64,000 bases of DNA from the human T2T-CHM13v2.0 reference genome, Homo sapiens (GCF_009914755.1 NC_060932.1); one strand, 5' to 3'; counted from the first letter of the stretch, positions 43,610 to 64,000 are shown. Notes: generated from the letters alone by a model not told the origin. Translations and numbers: made by a program.

Positions 43610-44770
43610 TTCTGAAGACTCAATTTCTAAGACATCTATACTCCCCAAACCAATCTATAAACTCAATGAAATCCCAATCATAACAACCCCTCTGCCAATT
43701 TTTCAGATAAAAATACGGGGAGGTACAGTTAACAAGATGAATAGTCAAGCCCCAGGATGAGAGAAAATACCTAGAAAACAAGTATCTGACCAAAGACTGA
43801 TATCCAGTGTGTAAGAACACCCATTACTCCACAACAACATGATAAACAGTTTTCTTAAAAATGCAAAATATCTGAGCAGATGCTTCACAAAAACATATAT
43901 AAGTGGCTAAGTATAGAAAAAACAAAACAAAACAAAACAAAACGCTCAACCTCATTAGGTATGGAGGATAAAAACGACTGACACTACCAAGCATTGGTGA
44001 CAATGTGGAGCAACTGGAATGTCCATCCATGAAAATGGTATAACGTCACTGGAAACCAGTTTGGCAGTTTTTAATAAAGGTAAGCATACACTTACCAGAT
44101 GTTCCAGAACTTTCCTGCAGAGTTTACTTGCCCAGGAGGAATGGAAACACCGTCCCCAGTTTTATTTCTAATAGAAACTGAAAACCACCCAATGTCCCAT
44201 TCATCAACAGGTGAACAGGGAAATACGCAGCAATATATTCTTACCATGGAGTATTATCAGAAATAAAAAGGAATGAACTTCAGATACACACAACATGGAT
44301 ATTCAAAAACATCACTCGTAGTGAAAGCAGCCAGAAATGAGAGTATATATGGTGTAGTTCTAGAAGCAATCTGAAGTGTAAGAAGCCATTTCTAGCGATG
44401 GAGACCACACTAGAGGTTACAAAGGAGAAACAGGGACCTGCCCTCCAGAGGTATGAAGGCACTTCCCAAGTGCTGGCTCTTTCTCATCTTCCTCACACTG
44501 GTCACTAACTGGTCGTATACATTTGAAAAAAATTGAGCTGTTTATTCAGTGGCTCTTATTGTATGCAAGTTAAATCCTACTCAAGTTGATTAAAAGCAGG
44601 GTGGTGATTGCCCTTCTTGGGGAGCAGTGCGGGAGGGAGCCCCAGGACCTCTGGGGTGATGTTACTATTCTCTGACCCTGGGTGTAGTTACAAGAGGACA
44701 TTCCTTTGGGAAAAGTTCAGTAAGCTCTACATTTGTGTGCCCTTTTCTCTACCTACTCTTTAATAATGGA
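43610..44770 (+). mobile_element. L1ME-like LINE fragments
   Basis: 'ccaaaccaatctataaactcaatgaaatcccaatca', 'accaagcattggtgacaatgtggagcaactggaa', 'aataaaaaggaatgaact'. Confidence 0.75.
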
Positions 44771-45230
44771 GAATAAAAAATAGGAGAAAAATGATGAGAT
44801 TGTGAACACTTCTCCCAGCTAACTTGGACAGGTTTTCAGGTGCTGCATGTATGGTTTGTCTCATTAAGCAGCTGTTACTGAGGTAGTATAAGGAAGCTGA
44901 GTAATTTGAACACTTTTAGTTTCAAATGAACTTTTCTCTGGGTCTTTAGATTTGAAATTCCCCATTTTGTCTTGTAATGGAAGTCACCTCATGGTCCTGA
45001 TAGCCCTCCAGGCCACTAAGTTCATGGGATGTGAACTGCCTCTGCTCAACTCTGGTGGCTGCGCTTGACCTCTGACCTCTGGCCCATGCACTGATGCAAC
45101 GTCTGTCTCTCCACCTGCTCTAAAAACCAAATTTTCTTTGGTTTATAGGAAGATGTGAAACTTACCCGCAATTCTAGGTGTTCCTAAGAAGTGAGACCAT
45201 GAGGCAAAATGTATTAACTGCAGGTAAACT

Positions 45231-45506
<276 letters not shown>

Positions 45507-45533
45507 TAACTGCAGGTAAACTCTTATCTCAAA

Positions 45534-45710
45534 CAGTGGTTCTCAACTTGCAATGGTTCTGTCCCTCCTTCCCCTGGGAACCTTTGGCAATGTCTGCAGA
45601 CAGGTTGGTTGTCACGGCTTGGTGGGAGTGCTACTGGTTTCTAGTGGGTGAAGGCCACGGATGCTCCTAAACCTCTGAGAGTACACTGGACAGGTCCAAC
45701 ATCAAAGTTC
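45534..45710 (+). mobile_element. MER20 (hAT-Charlie)
   Basis: 'cagtggttctcaac...tttggcaatgtctgcagaca...ggttgtcac...tgctactgg...ctagtgggt.aaggcca.ggatgct.ctaaac'. Confidence 0.78.
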
Positions 45711-46384
45711 CTTACAAGGTATGTAGAGCACTTTACCATTTACACTGGACTTAGCTCACTCTCACAGTCACCACTTCAAACATGAGGAAATGGAAATGTA
45801 AGAGACTCAAGAATGCCAAAAATTAGAAAAAACTCACAAGGATGGCATTCCCTTGACATTTGCTTCAGATGAAGTAACTGTCACAGATCCAAAGATGAAG
45901 CTGCTTTTGCACATAAGAGCATGTATTTACCTGGAAAAAATTCACTCAAATCCCTCCCTTTGGAGTCTGAGTCCCTAGTGCTGGAGATCTCAGTTCTATT
46001 TGCTCCCTGCTCTGTGGCTCACAGAGATTCTAGCAAGACTAGGGTGGGCCTGGGAAATGCTAACAATTTCCTTGACAAGTGAATTATGCTTTGAGTCCGA
46101 GTTAGCGGAATAGTGAGACCCTGCGCAGGGGAAGGTTCTTTCATTGAAGACCATTGCTACTTCCATCCTGAGCTCTGCATTTAATAGGTGACGATGGAAT
46201 GAAAAGGTTAACTTACGCCACGCTACCCTTCTGTGGTAACATCCTTGACTTGTTTAGAAGATTAAATAAAAAAAAAGAAACTAATTAGTGAGAGGCTTCC
46301 TGATAATTATTGGGAACTCTCTTGTATGTTATCTTATCTGACAAGTCACCTGAAAAGCCATCTGAAGAAACAGAACCAAAAGAA

Positions 46385-47467
46385 AGGATATTACAACAAG
46401 AACTTTACTGGTAACACCTTTTTAATAGGTCAAAGTAACTGTACAGTTCATTATATTCTTCCTGAGAATAATTTATATCCCCCAACAAACTAAAGGGAGG
46501 GTATATTTTTTCAAAATTAACAGAATGGATGGTGTAACTGGACATCAAAAGAAAACCAAATTCCTGTTTTGCTTCATTCTCTCCTGGGAAGACAGATACA
46601 AGGAAGGGTTAGTTAACTCCAGTGGCTGTAAAATAGTCAACATGGCTTTAATCTTTCTTTATAAATTATATAAAAATGGAAAAAGGGGATGGTTCTGGAA
46701 CTTCTCCTCAATGCAGTTTGGAGGTGCTCTGGTACAAAGCATTTCTGCTTCCAAGAGAAATAACATTGCTACAAAAAACTGGCACATTATTCTGTGAAAA
46801 AAGACATGAGTTTTTAGTTGTGTTCTACAGCTAGTTCCCGACCCAATGCTTCACATATCCACACGAAAGTAAAAGGCAGGTAAGACAAAAAGGGCTGTAG
46901 TTTTTTCTGAAATAACTCAAGTCTTCAAAATATAGCTTTTATATTCTTTGTAAAGTGGGATTAGCATATTGCAACTGAAGGGTGTTCTAACAAACAAAAA
47001 TTCCAGTCTGGATAATAATTCTATGGTAGACAAAAGAATTCTCAGCCTCTTGGGTTTCCTGGAATTCTTTGCTTCATGCTCTCCTCTTCCACTATGCAGC
47101 TAAGGTAGTTTAGGAATTAAGATGTCACCCCTTGGCCATCCCCCTTTAGAACGTATCTTAATGTGAACATAAATTGTTCTTCATGATGCTTAAAAGCTTA
47201 CATATAATTTTCATTCTTAGAAAAACGCCACATTTTGGATCCTGGATTTTTCTGAATATCATGATTGAAAAAAACAAAACAAAAAATGAACCCAAATCAA
47301 AGTGTGGTTAAACTTATATGAGAAAGATTTTTCAACCAGATGGTCATTCAAAAAAGTTGGAGCTGTAAGTGCTGGCGACTGAGGACACAGGGTTAATTCC
47401 TCGCTGCTGGTGGAAGGCTAGAGAACATCTTCAAAAGAGGGTAGCAAGACGTGCTCCTAGGGGAGGC
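46385..47467 (-). other. PTK2: PTK2 3' UTR (about 1.08 kb; distal end approximate)
   Basis: Repeat-free, AU-rich sequence between the TGA and the poly(A) signals. Confidence 0.8.
46404..46426 (-). terminator. PTK2: PTK2 polyadenylation signals (ATTAAA at 46421-46426, AGTAAA at 46404-46409)
   Basis: Two hexamer variants about 1.05 kb past the stop codon, followed on the minus strand by a U/GU-rich stretch (ctttcttttggttctgtttc). Confidence 0.7.
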
Positions 47468-47680
47468 TCAGTGTGGTCTCGTCTGCCCAAGCATTTTCAG
47501 TCTTGCTTGGTCAATGACATCGAGTAAGTTTTTGGCATCCACAGCCAGGGCGTGAGCAGCAGTCAGCATTTGCTTTTTGTACTCTTGCTGGAGGCTGGTC
47601 ATGACATACTGCTGGGCCAGTTTCATCTTGTTGATGAGCTCACCCAGGTCAGAGTTCAATAGCTTCTGTGCCATCTCAAT
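47468..47680 (-). CDS. PTK2: Focal adhesion kinase last coding exon (IEMAQKLLNSDL...KMLGQTRPH*), FAT domain C-terminus
   Basis: Acceptor tgtctttcag|ATT GAG ATG; 213 nt including TGA; peptide matches the FAK C-terminus. Confidence 0.98.
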   Translation of the reverse strand: MEMAQKLLNSDLGELINKMKLAQQYVMTSLQQEYKKQMLTAAHALAVDAKNLLDVIDQARLKMLGQTRPH

Positions 47681-47721
47681 CTGAAAGACAAGAGATAGGT
47701 CAGGAGAACTGTTTTCAGTGA

Positions 47722-50310
<2,589 letters not shown>

Positions 50311-50599
50311 TTAATAATTAAAAAATACTGTATACAGGAGAGCAATTTGTGTATTGGAATCAGGGGAGATGAAAAGATTACTTTAGACTTTATCAACTAG
50401 AGTAGGTGTTGACAAATAGTCCCACTAAAATATCCACTTGGTAGGACACCATTTTCTTGCCTCTAGCATATGGAACTTCTCCACTTTGGGGCAAAACTGA
50501 GGCTTGTCATGGAAAGCCAGAGGCCCGGTGAAGCAGGTAAGTGAGAGAACCCCATTTGGTTGGGATGTGAAGTTACACTACAGCACCAGTCACAGGCCT

Positions 50600-51370
50600 T
50601 CTCAAAAACAAGTTAAAGGGTTTATGCATATGAATCAATGCCACTTACAAAGGAATCACCAACAGGAGTTGTGTCCAACCGTCCTTCAGAAGTCAATGTC
50701 CAGTTGGTCAACTGGAACATCCCCTGGACATCGTATGTCTCTGGGTATGATGCTGAGAAGGATTCAGCATTATTTATGTTGTATTCCTGACTGGAGATGC
50801 AAAATCTCAATCTCATCAGGAAGAAACAAATGTTTATAGGATATCCCTCAATCCAACTTTAAGAATACTCTATAAAATCACTGAGCCTATGTTTGTCAAA
50901 AATGTCAATGTCATGAAAGATAAAAAAAGGCTGAGGAGCTGTTTCAGATGAAAGGAGGCTGAAGAAAGCAACACCACGTGCAAAGTGTAATCCTGGTCTG
51001 GCTCTCACAGGCGACGGAAAAGTGCTACAGAGACAACCGACGACCCTGGAACGTGCCCTGCAGAGTGGGACAGTGCATTACATCATGTTAAAGTTCCAGA
51101 ATGTGGTGATTGTGTGGTGGTTATGTAGGACAATGGCCTTGTTATGAGAAATATAAATGGAAATCTTAAAGGGGAAGAGGGCATGAGATACACAGCCATT
51201 CTCAAGCTGCTCGACAGCAGGAAGTGATGTGTGTACACACATAGACAATGGAGCAAGGTGACAATGTGCTGACATGTTAAAAGGCTGTGAAACTCAAAGG
51301 AAAGTTGGGAGTTCTCTCTATTAATCTTTTAACTTTCATATAAATCTGAAATGATTTCAAAATAAAAAGG
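50600..51370 (+). mobile_element. L1MC/ME-like 3' fragment
   Basis: 'aaatgtcaatgtcatgaaagataaaaaaaggctgaggagctgtttcagat', 'gtggttatgtaggacaatggccttgtt'. Confidence 0.7.
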
Positions 51371-51683
51371 ACAAACAAAAAGTGTGTGCTGGGATGAAGA
51401 ACTGCCCATGCTTCCCTAGAAATGAGAAAAGCAGGCAGCTGGAGTCAGCAGGGAGCAAGGCTGAAGCCTGCAGATCCTGGACTCTGTAGTGGGGACGCAT
51501 CCCACATGCGTTTGTCAATCCCAACCACAGAATGTACACCCTAGGCTCAAAGACACTAAAACAAATGCAGGTGCTTCCTTTCATTTGTTAGTCATATAAT
51601 TGAAACAAAATTGCCAAAAGGTAGCAAAAATGATAGTTGTTGCTGGGCTACAGTATTTTGGGTCAACTTTTATTCCTTAAAAC

Positions 51684-52432
<749 letters not shown>

Positions 52433-52917
52433 TAAAAGAAATTTTTTATATTACTACTTGAAATGGAAAACCAGGATCATTTGCAAGCTCAACTATTTTT
52501 AAGGAGAATTCGAGGAAGCAGACCATGCACAATGCCCGCCCCATTCATATCAGCATTCTTCTACCTTTTAGGTTCATGGCACCAGCAGCAGTTTCCCATG
52601 TGCCTTCCTCATCCACTGCTCAGAGCCACTTGTAGCTCAGATGAGGACCTTGCATAGTGGCTCTGCAGTGGACTAGCAGCAGGAAGACCCAGGATCTGGA
52701 ATTTGAGTGGCCACTGCTCCACACCACCCCTATGCCCTAGAATGAACAGCCCCGTCCTGGTTGGGGCCAGTGTTAGAGGGAAGGTCATCGCTTGTAGGGC
52801 AGTTGATGTCTCTGCTGGCCACAGACTGAGGAGCGGCCTTCAGCACCACAGGCATCCCTGAATGTGTCCCTGCCCAGTGCTGTCACAGAGGGCTGCAAGG
52901 GGAAGATTGTGCCCTAC

Positions 52918-52998
52918 CTCTCGGTGGGTGCTGGCTGGTAGGAGGGGAATGGTCTCATCCACAGTGGCCAATAATGTCCTCAGGGCCAAGCCGACTTC
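52918..52998 (-). CDS. PTK2: FAK penultimate exon (EVGLALRTLLATVDETIPLLPASTHRE), FAT domain
   Basis: tgttag|GAA...GAG|gtaggg; 81 nt, phase 0-0; joins in frame to its neighbours. Confidence 0.97.
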
Positions 52999-54004
52999 CT
53001 AACAGACAAGAATCACAACCAATATTAGAACACACACAAAGGATTTTTATGCTTTTCAGTTATATATTTTTTTATTTCCTTTCCACAAGTTTCAAGGCAA
53101 ATTTCTGTATTTCTTTTTCTCAGTGCTTAGCCCTATCTTGTAAGTTATGAGGCTCCTTTTTCTCCCAAAAGATTTAGATCTGACTGTTCATTGCTCTAAT
53201 ACCCTAAGGAGTGAGTTGAAGACCAGAAGTTCATGTAAGAAAAGTCACACAGATGCTGAGGGTGGAAAGCAGGATTTTTTTTTTTCTCATCTACTGCTTC
53301 CAAGCAGATTATACCACCCTCCTGGCTCCAACTGCCAACCCTGCCAACACAGGTTAGGATAAATAGTAGCACCTTTCCCCAAGTGTGTTCACCAAATGTG
53401 TTCTCACCCAGGTACTTTCAAACACCTCATGAGGCTGGCCAGAGATGACACCACTGCCCCGGATGCAAGGGGGCAGCCTTGCTTTGGACCCCGTTCTGAA
53501 TCTCAGGCTTCATCTATTAGGCACACTGAGCAGAAACACTCCTCCCTGCCACTTCCGAGTTGCAGCAAAAAGGGTCTAACTATGATTTAAAACAAATAAT
53601 TTTAAACTTCAAATTTTCATTACTGTCATACTTATGAGGACCAAATAATGTAATGACTAAGACATCAAATTACATGTAATATGAATAAAACCAGTAAGAA
53701 AATGATAGTTACTTATAATTGGATCAACATACAAAAAGAACGTCATTTGGCCAAAGTAAAACGGTTAAAAAAATAGTGTCTATAAAATCACCATATAAAA
53801 TCTTAGTATGTACAAAATTCTGAATGGTTTCACCTACTGTTGAGTTGTTTAAACTTGGCTGTGGGTTCATGCAAGTTCCTCCTTAAGAACTTTGGTTAAA
53901 ACTGTTATGTGGATACACTTTAAAAAAGTGAACCAGAATGGATTAACTGTGCTTTCCATGAAACATTACAACTTTCAAGCAGCTTTTTCCACATTGATGG
54001 TTTA

Positions 54005-55652
<1,648 letters not shown>

Positions 55653-56265
55653 TGAACACAATTTGGAAAACATTAGTTTACTGGCATGATATTTTTATTT
55701 ATTTTTACTCTTTTTAAAAGAAAATTCAATGAACACCCACATACCCAACCCTTAGCTTAAGAAAAACAACACAGATAAATCCTCCCAATGTACCTTTCTT
55801 CAGCTGGCTCCTCCTTACAGGTGCGGGATCTGAATTTGATAATGATCATTCCTCTACTTGTCTTTGCACTCCAACAACGTAACCACATCTCCCTAAGTCT
55901 TACACAGGATTATTTTGCATGTTTTTCAAGTTTACATAAATGGCATCATACTGTAAGCATACTTTTGCAGCTTTCTCTTTCACTGCAGACTTTATGTGTG
56001 AGTGGTAATTATTAAAAGAGTGTACTGCTTCAAGACACTCCCATCCTAGTGTTTACTGACAGAAGAAAACAAGATAGGAACGGCAATTCAGAATAACTGC
56101 AGTTCTCACTAACATTGTCACTGTATGGTGCTTTCGTGAAGAGCTTCTAAAGCATCAGTTCTGACTTTGGTGGGGCGGGGGGACCTAGAGACATCTATCA
56201 ACTGGCACCACAGCTTACAGGAAACAAGAACATTTTTGCCAGTACACAAAATGACTCTATTTTAC

Positions 56266-56421
56266 CTTCACCATAGGGACATACTCCTCTGGTGGGGCTG
56301 GCTGGATTTTACTGGACATCTCGATGACAGCTTTCACCAGGCCCGTCACATTCTCGTACACCTTATCATTCGACCGGTCCAGGTTGGCAGTAGGAGGGGG
56401 GCTGATTTCCTGGGGCTGAAG
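56266..56421 (-). CDS. PTK2: FAK exon LQPQEISPPPTANLDRSNDKVYENV...EYVPMVK (S910, Y925, start of FAT domain)
   Basis: gttgtcag|CTT CAG...AAG|gtaaaa; 156 nt, phase 0-0; contains the YENV Grb2-binding motif. Confidence 0.97.
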
Positions 56422-57296
56422 CTGACAACACAGAAGCCAGTCATTTTTCTGCTCTCCAGCAGATGGCGTGAGATCACCACAATCAAGCTAGAGAGGGTCT
56501 TTACAAGAGATCAAAGCAGATTGCAGAAGGTCATTGATTTTCTTGTGTGTGCGGGATATAGTTCAGATTGAGAATGACAGTAAAGTAATTCCTCCAAGTG
56601 ACAAATTAGGCAGTATTTTCTTTCTAACTTTGAGCTCAGTTAAAGGAAATGAGATGGAATCATACATATTATACTAAAAACCCCAGATTCTTTCAGAGAC
56701 CTGATTCAATGTCCCCTCACCCCAAAATCATTTACCACAAGATAATAATCCATCTGGGAATTTACTGAATTTTAGACAAAATTACCTATTTGGCTAAAGA
56801 GTCAAACATTCTACATGAAGACTATAAGGATTTCCACTTAGTTTGAATTCTGCAGTGAAAACGGTATGGCTCAGCTTAGCTGCCCTCAGCCGCCTAATGG
56901 AAACATGTTCTTTGTACAATTATAAAAAGCTGACATATGAATGCACTTTAAGGGGATAGCATCTGTTTGCAGGTCGTGACTGAAGTCAAAGCAGCAGTGG
57001 TGTCGCTAGGAGCCTCTCTGCTCAAGACCCCGGTTTCAGCCAGCTCTGTGCTGACTGCTGGAAAGCACCTGGGCCTACGCTTATAAAGCCTCAGCTCTCT
57101 CACCCGGGCAACTGTGATCAGGGAAGATGAGGCCAAAGATGTAACAATGTCTACCTAGGGCCTGGGCACAGAAGAGACATCAACAAATGTTACTAAGATA
57201 ACTTGAGTACTGATGGTGGAATAACATGAGGGCCTTTGGGAAATCTTCAGCAGTATTTAAAAATTCCAACTGGTTAGAATTACACCAGCATAAAAT

Positions 57297-57298
<2 letters not shown>

Positions 57299-57354
<56 letters not shown>
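57299..57354. repeat. (TA)28 microsatellite
   Basis: Direct reading, uninterrupted. Confidence 0.97.
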
Positions 57355-57357
<3 letters not shown>

Positions 57358-57739
57358 TTTTTAAAAAAGACCAACTTGTAGTACATATAGTTTAATCATG
57401 AACCTGATGCCAGTGCTCAGTCTAAATATAAGTTCCCATTTCTGAACCCTTGGGTGCTTTTGCCTAAGTAATCTGGAACAGATTAATTCTTGGTTGTTCC
57501 AAAAGTCTGGGTATGAGATAGAAAAGCACAAGAATAATTCATTTACTGCAAAGATGTACATGTCTCATTCTTTTGCATATATAAACACTGCTTTTGGCAT
57601 CTGTCAGTCATGAGAGGTGACAAAGCAGGCCGAAGTGCCCTCCCACTTGGGCTTCCTGCTTTCCAGTCCAAAGTTACATGCAGAGAGCCGGGTGTGATAG
57701 AGAGAGCTGGACAGACACACAAAGACACGATGTGCTTAC

Positions 57740-57748
57740 CCTCCATGG
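57740..57748 (-). CDS. PTK2: 9-nt alternative microexon encoding Pro-Trp-Arg (FAK+ isoform)
   Basis: Minus strand: long pyrimidine tract...caatag|CCA TGG AGG|gtaagc. It sits between the exon ending NEGVK and the exon starting LQPQE, the known PWR insertion point. Confidence 0.93.
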
Positions 57749-58270
57749 CTATTGTCGAACGGAAGGTGAGGAAAAGTTAAAGGAATTTATCAGAGAAAGG
57801 GAAAAAAGAAAAACAATATTAATAAAGGCATAAGACAAATCCCCCATAAAAACACATGAGCAGAACAAAAAGGAGCTAGTTTCCAAGCCTGCCCACCAGC
57901 TCTCACTCACTGTTGCCAGGGTGTGGCTACTGTGCCACCTGCTCACTGCCCCAGCATACTGCATAGAGAGGTCTGCCATGCACCATGCTCAGTTACAAAA
58001 CAAATGCAGGGAACATGCAAAGCCCGAGGAACAATCCAGCAGCAGTGCAAGGTCAACAGAATGAGAGCTCTTCAAAAAGAAAGGAGGAGGAGGACATATG
58101 GTTTTAATTACTGAAAAGTGCCCATCTGAATTCTCATAGATTCAGGAGAAACTGCAGCAGCCTCAATTCCTGAGCCCGGCCCCTCAATATCCTTGAGATC
58201 CACTTCATCATCTAGCCATAATGCTATCATAAAGATTCCTGACTTGGGGCTGAGTTTAAAGATATTAGGC

Positions 58271-58564
<294 letters not shown>

Positions 58565-59244
58565 TTAAAAACAAAAAACAAAAGTAGAACAGAAACCCCT
58601 TTTTTGAGCTGATTCTTATGATTAGGTTCTACTACTTGAAACTGAACAGTTTTATTTAATGTGTTTTCTCTAAAGCTCAAGCCAGGGCGCTATCCTACTA
58701 TAACCACACCATTTCCAAGAGATGACTTCCTGTATTTTATTTTCTGCACTGAGAGTCACAGTGTGGTCTTCTGTTTAACTTCATAGGATGTACCAGTTCA
58801 AACTACATCAACAGGGCTTCTTGAGGAGGGGGCCACAGGGTGTTTCATCAAGAAGAAATAGACAATTCTGTAATTCTAGGGAGGTTGTCACCTGTTTAAA
58901 GCTTCTGTTCCTTTCTACTTTACCCTTTGCCCAATTATTGTGGTAGAGGGGCACTGTCATAATGCTTCTAGGGACCATTCACAGTGACATTCCAGAAGGG
59001 AAAGCTGTTTGGAAAGACATCCTAATGGTTTTCTATTTTCTGGAGCTTGACAACTTGGAAGCTCCTTGGCAGGCAGTTGATAAACCCTCTATAGATGTAG
59101 CCAATTCCAACCACTTAGGTTGATGCTTAAAGACTCAGTTAAGAACCAAAATGCAGTGCTACCTAGGAAAAATTGAGACTGATTTTGGCTGTTATTTGGA
59201 TGAATTATTTTAGTTATACATAAAAGTAAATATTTTAGTATTAG

Positions 59245-61419
<2,175 letters not shown>

Positions 61420-62309
61420 CAAGATGCACCATTTTTTAATGAACCACTAAGAAAAAAAAATGCTGCCAATTAAACCAAAACACCATCCCAATTTTAGAGA
61501 TATTAAAATGTGAATAAAAGGTATATGACAATTGAGAAATAGCGTCTATTTTGAGAGGTAATTTGTCATTTTAAGTGGAAAGTAAAAAGATCCCATCTCC
61601 TTACAGGACACAGGCTAGAAAAGAAGAGCCTCCTCCGTCAGATCTCTCAGGGAGGAGGGCTGCTGCTCTAGTGGCTCCAGCACTCGGTGAGGGCTGGTGG
61701 GGACCCAGGAGAGTCACAGGCGCCAACAGTTCCAGCTGGCACCCCTCGGGGCAGGCTGCACCTGACTTCTGACTGCCAAACTCAGAAGCTTGTGGTTGTT
61801 TGTGCCTGAGTCAAACACTCCCCTTGGTTTGAGGATGGCTCTACTCAGCATACATTGCTTTTACAAACCCAATTCTAACTTTAAATGGAAAATAAATAAG
61901 TCTTCCATGAAGCCACACTTATAAACTCCTACAAAAAGTCCTCACTTACCCCAAGCATCCTGGTTTAATTAATTTTTAAAACCAGAAACAATCTTGGCAC
62001 TTTGTTCTAAAGAAAACATTCTGTCTGATCAGAGGAAGATGTATGTAGAAAATCAGAATCTGACTGAATTCCTAAAATCTATCACACTGAGAGGAAAATG
62101 GAAAAGAAAATGTTTGCATAAAGCTTTTCCCTGACTCTCAGAGGGGTTCAGAACCAGACCAATTGACTCCTGGGTCTCACTGCAGTTCCACTCTGCACTG
62201 TTCTATTTTCAGCACCAACTCCACTCTATGACATGAACACATCAACTGAGAACTAGGGGACACCACAAATCCTGCAAGCAGAAGGTGCTGCACAGGCTCA
62301 GATGCCCAC

Positions 62310-62416
62310 CTTGACACCCTCGTTGTAGCTGTCAGCAGGGCTGCTGAGGCTGGCAAGGCTTCCCAGATGACCGGGAGCTCCAGGGCGAGGCGGTTTCTTT
62401 GGTGGAGCTGCAGGAT
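62310..62416 (-). CDS. PTK2: FAK exon (D)PAAPPKKPPRPGAPGHLGSLASLSSPADSYNEGVK, C-terminal proline-rich SH3-binding region
   Basis: ctctcaccag|AT CCT...AAG|gtgggc; 107 nt, phase 1-0. Confidence 0.97.
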
Positions 62417-62456
62417 CTGGTGAGAGAGAATGATTCCCATTAAGTCATGTGCGTTA

Positions 62457-63260
<804 letters not shown>

Positions 63261-63471
63261 CTAAGGAGGTATTTCTGATGCATTATACCAACAAATTCTT
63301 TTTCCCAATACTCTAGTAATGAGCTGAATGTGGTAAACATCGTACTTGCTGTGGTCTGTAGAGGAAAAATTAACCATGAGGGTATTCCAAAGCTACGACA
63401 CTATATACATTCAAAACCTGCTTTCATCAAATTAAACTAACTTCTTTCCGCCCAATTCTTTTCTTCTTTAC

Positions 63472-63511
63472 CTGGTTTACCCACAGGCTGATATATATGT
63501 TGGTTTCCAAT
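63472..63511 (-). CDS. PTK2: FAK exon IGNQHIYQPVGKP(D), containing Y861
   Basis: ttcccacag|ATT GGA...CCA G|gtaaag; 40 nt, phase 0-1; joins the next exon as GAT (Asp). Confidence 0.96.
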
Positions 63512-63744
63512 CTGTGGGAAAAGAAAAGTTCAGTCAATGCACTGGTATATACAATTGGGCAATGACCTCTCTCACCCACCCTGTCTATCCACCCCCTTGA
63601 ACTTCTAGGCTAGATTCTAGTGTATCAAAATGAACAAAACAGGGTTCTGCATAAGGTCTCAGTTGGGGTGGGGGATCAGGCAAATAAGCAAATGATGCCA
63701 ATAGCATGTGTGGAAAGGGCTGTGAGAGAAGCAAGCATGGGACA

Positions 63745-64000
63745 CTCTGGAACCACAAACACAGTGGTCATAACCCATTTAAAATGTTCTTACACAGCTG
63801 AGGAGAATGTAAATTAGTACAACCTCTATGGAAAATGAACTAGAAAAACTCAAAATAGAACTACTTATCAAAGAACTCAAAATAGAACTACCATTCGATC
63901 CAGCAATCCCATGACTGCATATACGCCCAAAGGAAAACAAATCATTGTATCAAAAAGATACCTGCACTGCTATGTTTATCATGGCACTACTCCCAATATC
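63745..64000 (+). mobile_element. L1MA-like 3' fragment, running off the window edge
   Basis: 'gaatgtaaattagtacaacctctatggaaaa', 'gaactaccattcgatccagcaatccca', 'atcaaaaagatacctgcact'. Confidence 0.82.

Noticed and set aside
56167-56571. 134-aa + strand ORF
   Set aside because: Antisense shadow of the PTK2 Y925 exon, with a non-ATG start and no independent support.
63837-63891. Short duplication 'aactcaaaatagaactac' in an L1 fragment
   Set aside because: Real but trivial slippage within a dead LINE.

Overview
Human (primate) genomic DNA with very dense Alu content, recognisable as the AGO2-PTK2 junction on chr8q24.3. Both genes are on the minus strand. Bases 1-23499 are the proximal part of AGO2 intron 1. 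AGO2 exon 1 (MYSGAGP, GCCACCATG Kozak, GTGAGT donor) lies in a large CpG island at about 22.25-24.45 kb that looks bidirectional, and a divergent lncRNA (probably ERICD) follows on the + strand. After about 22 kb of repeat-rich spacer come the PTK2/FAK 3' UTR, its last five constitutive coding exons (Y861, proline-rich region, Y925, FAT domain) and the 9-nt PWR 'FAK+' microexon. Nearly all ORFs in the supplied track are artefacts of Alus, a 30-bp VNTR or GC-rich DNA. I see no convincing new biological system. The best leads are an L1-born 25x30-bp VNTR, a candidate in-frame upstream first exon for AGO2, splice-regulatory architecture around the FAK microexon, read-through potential from PTK2 to AGO2, and several unusual Alu rearrangements. 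Repeat subfamily names and boundaries were assigned by eye and are approximate.
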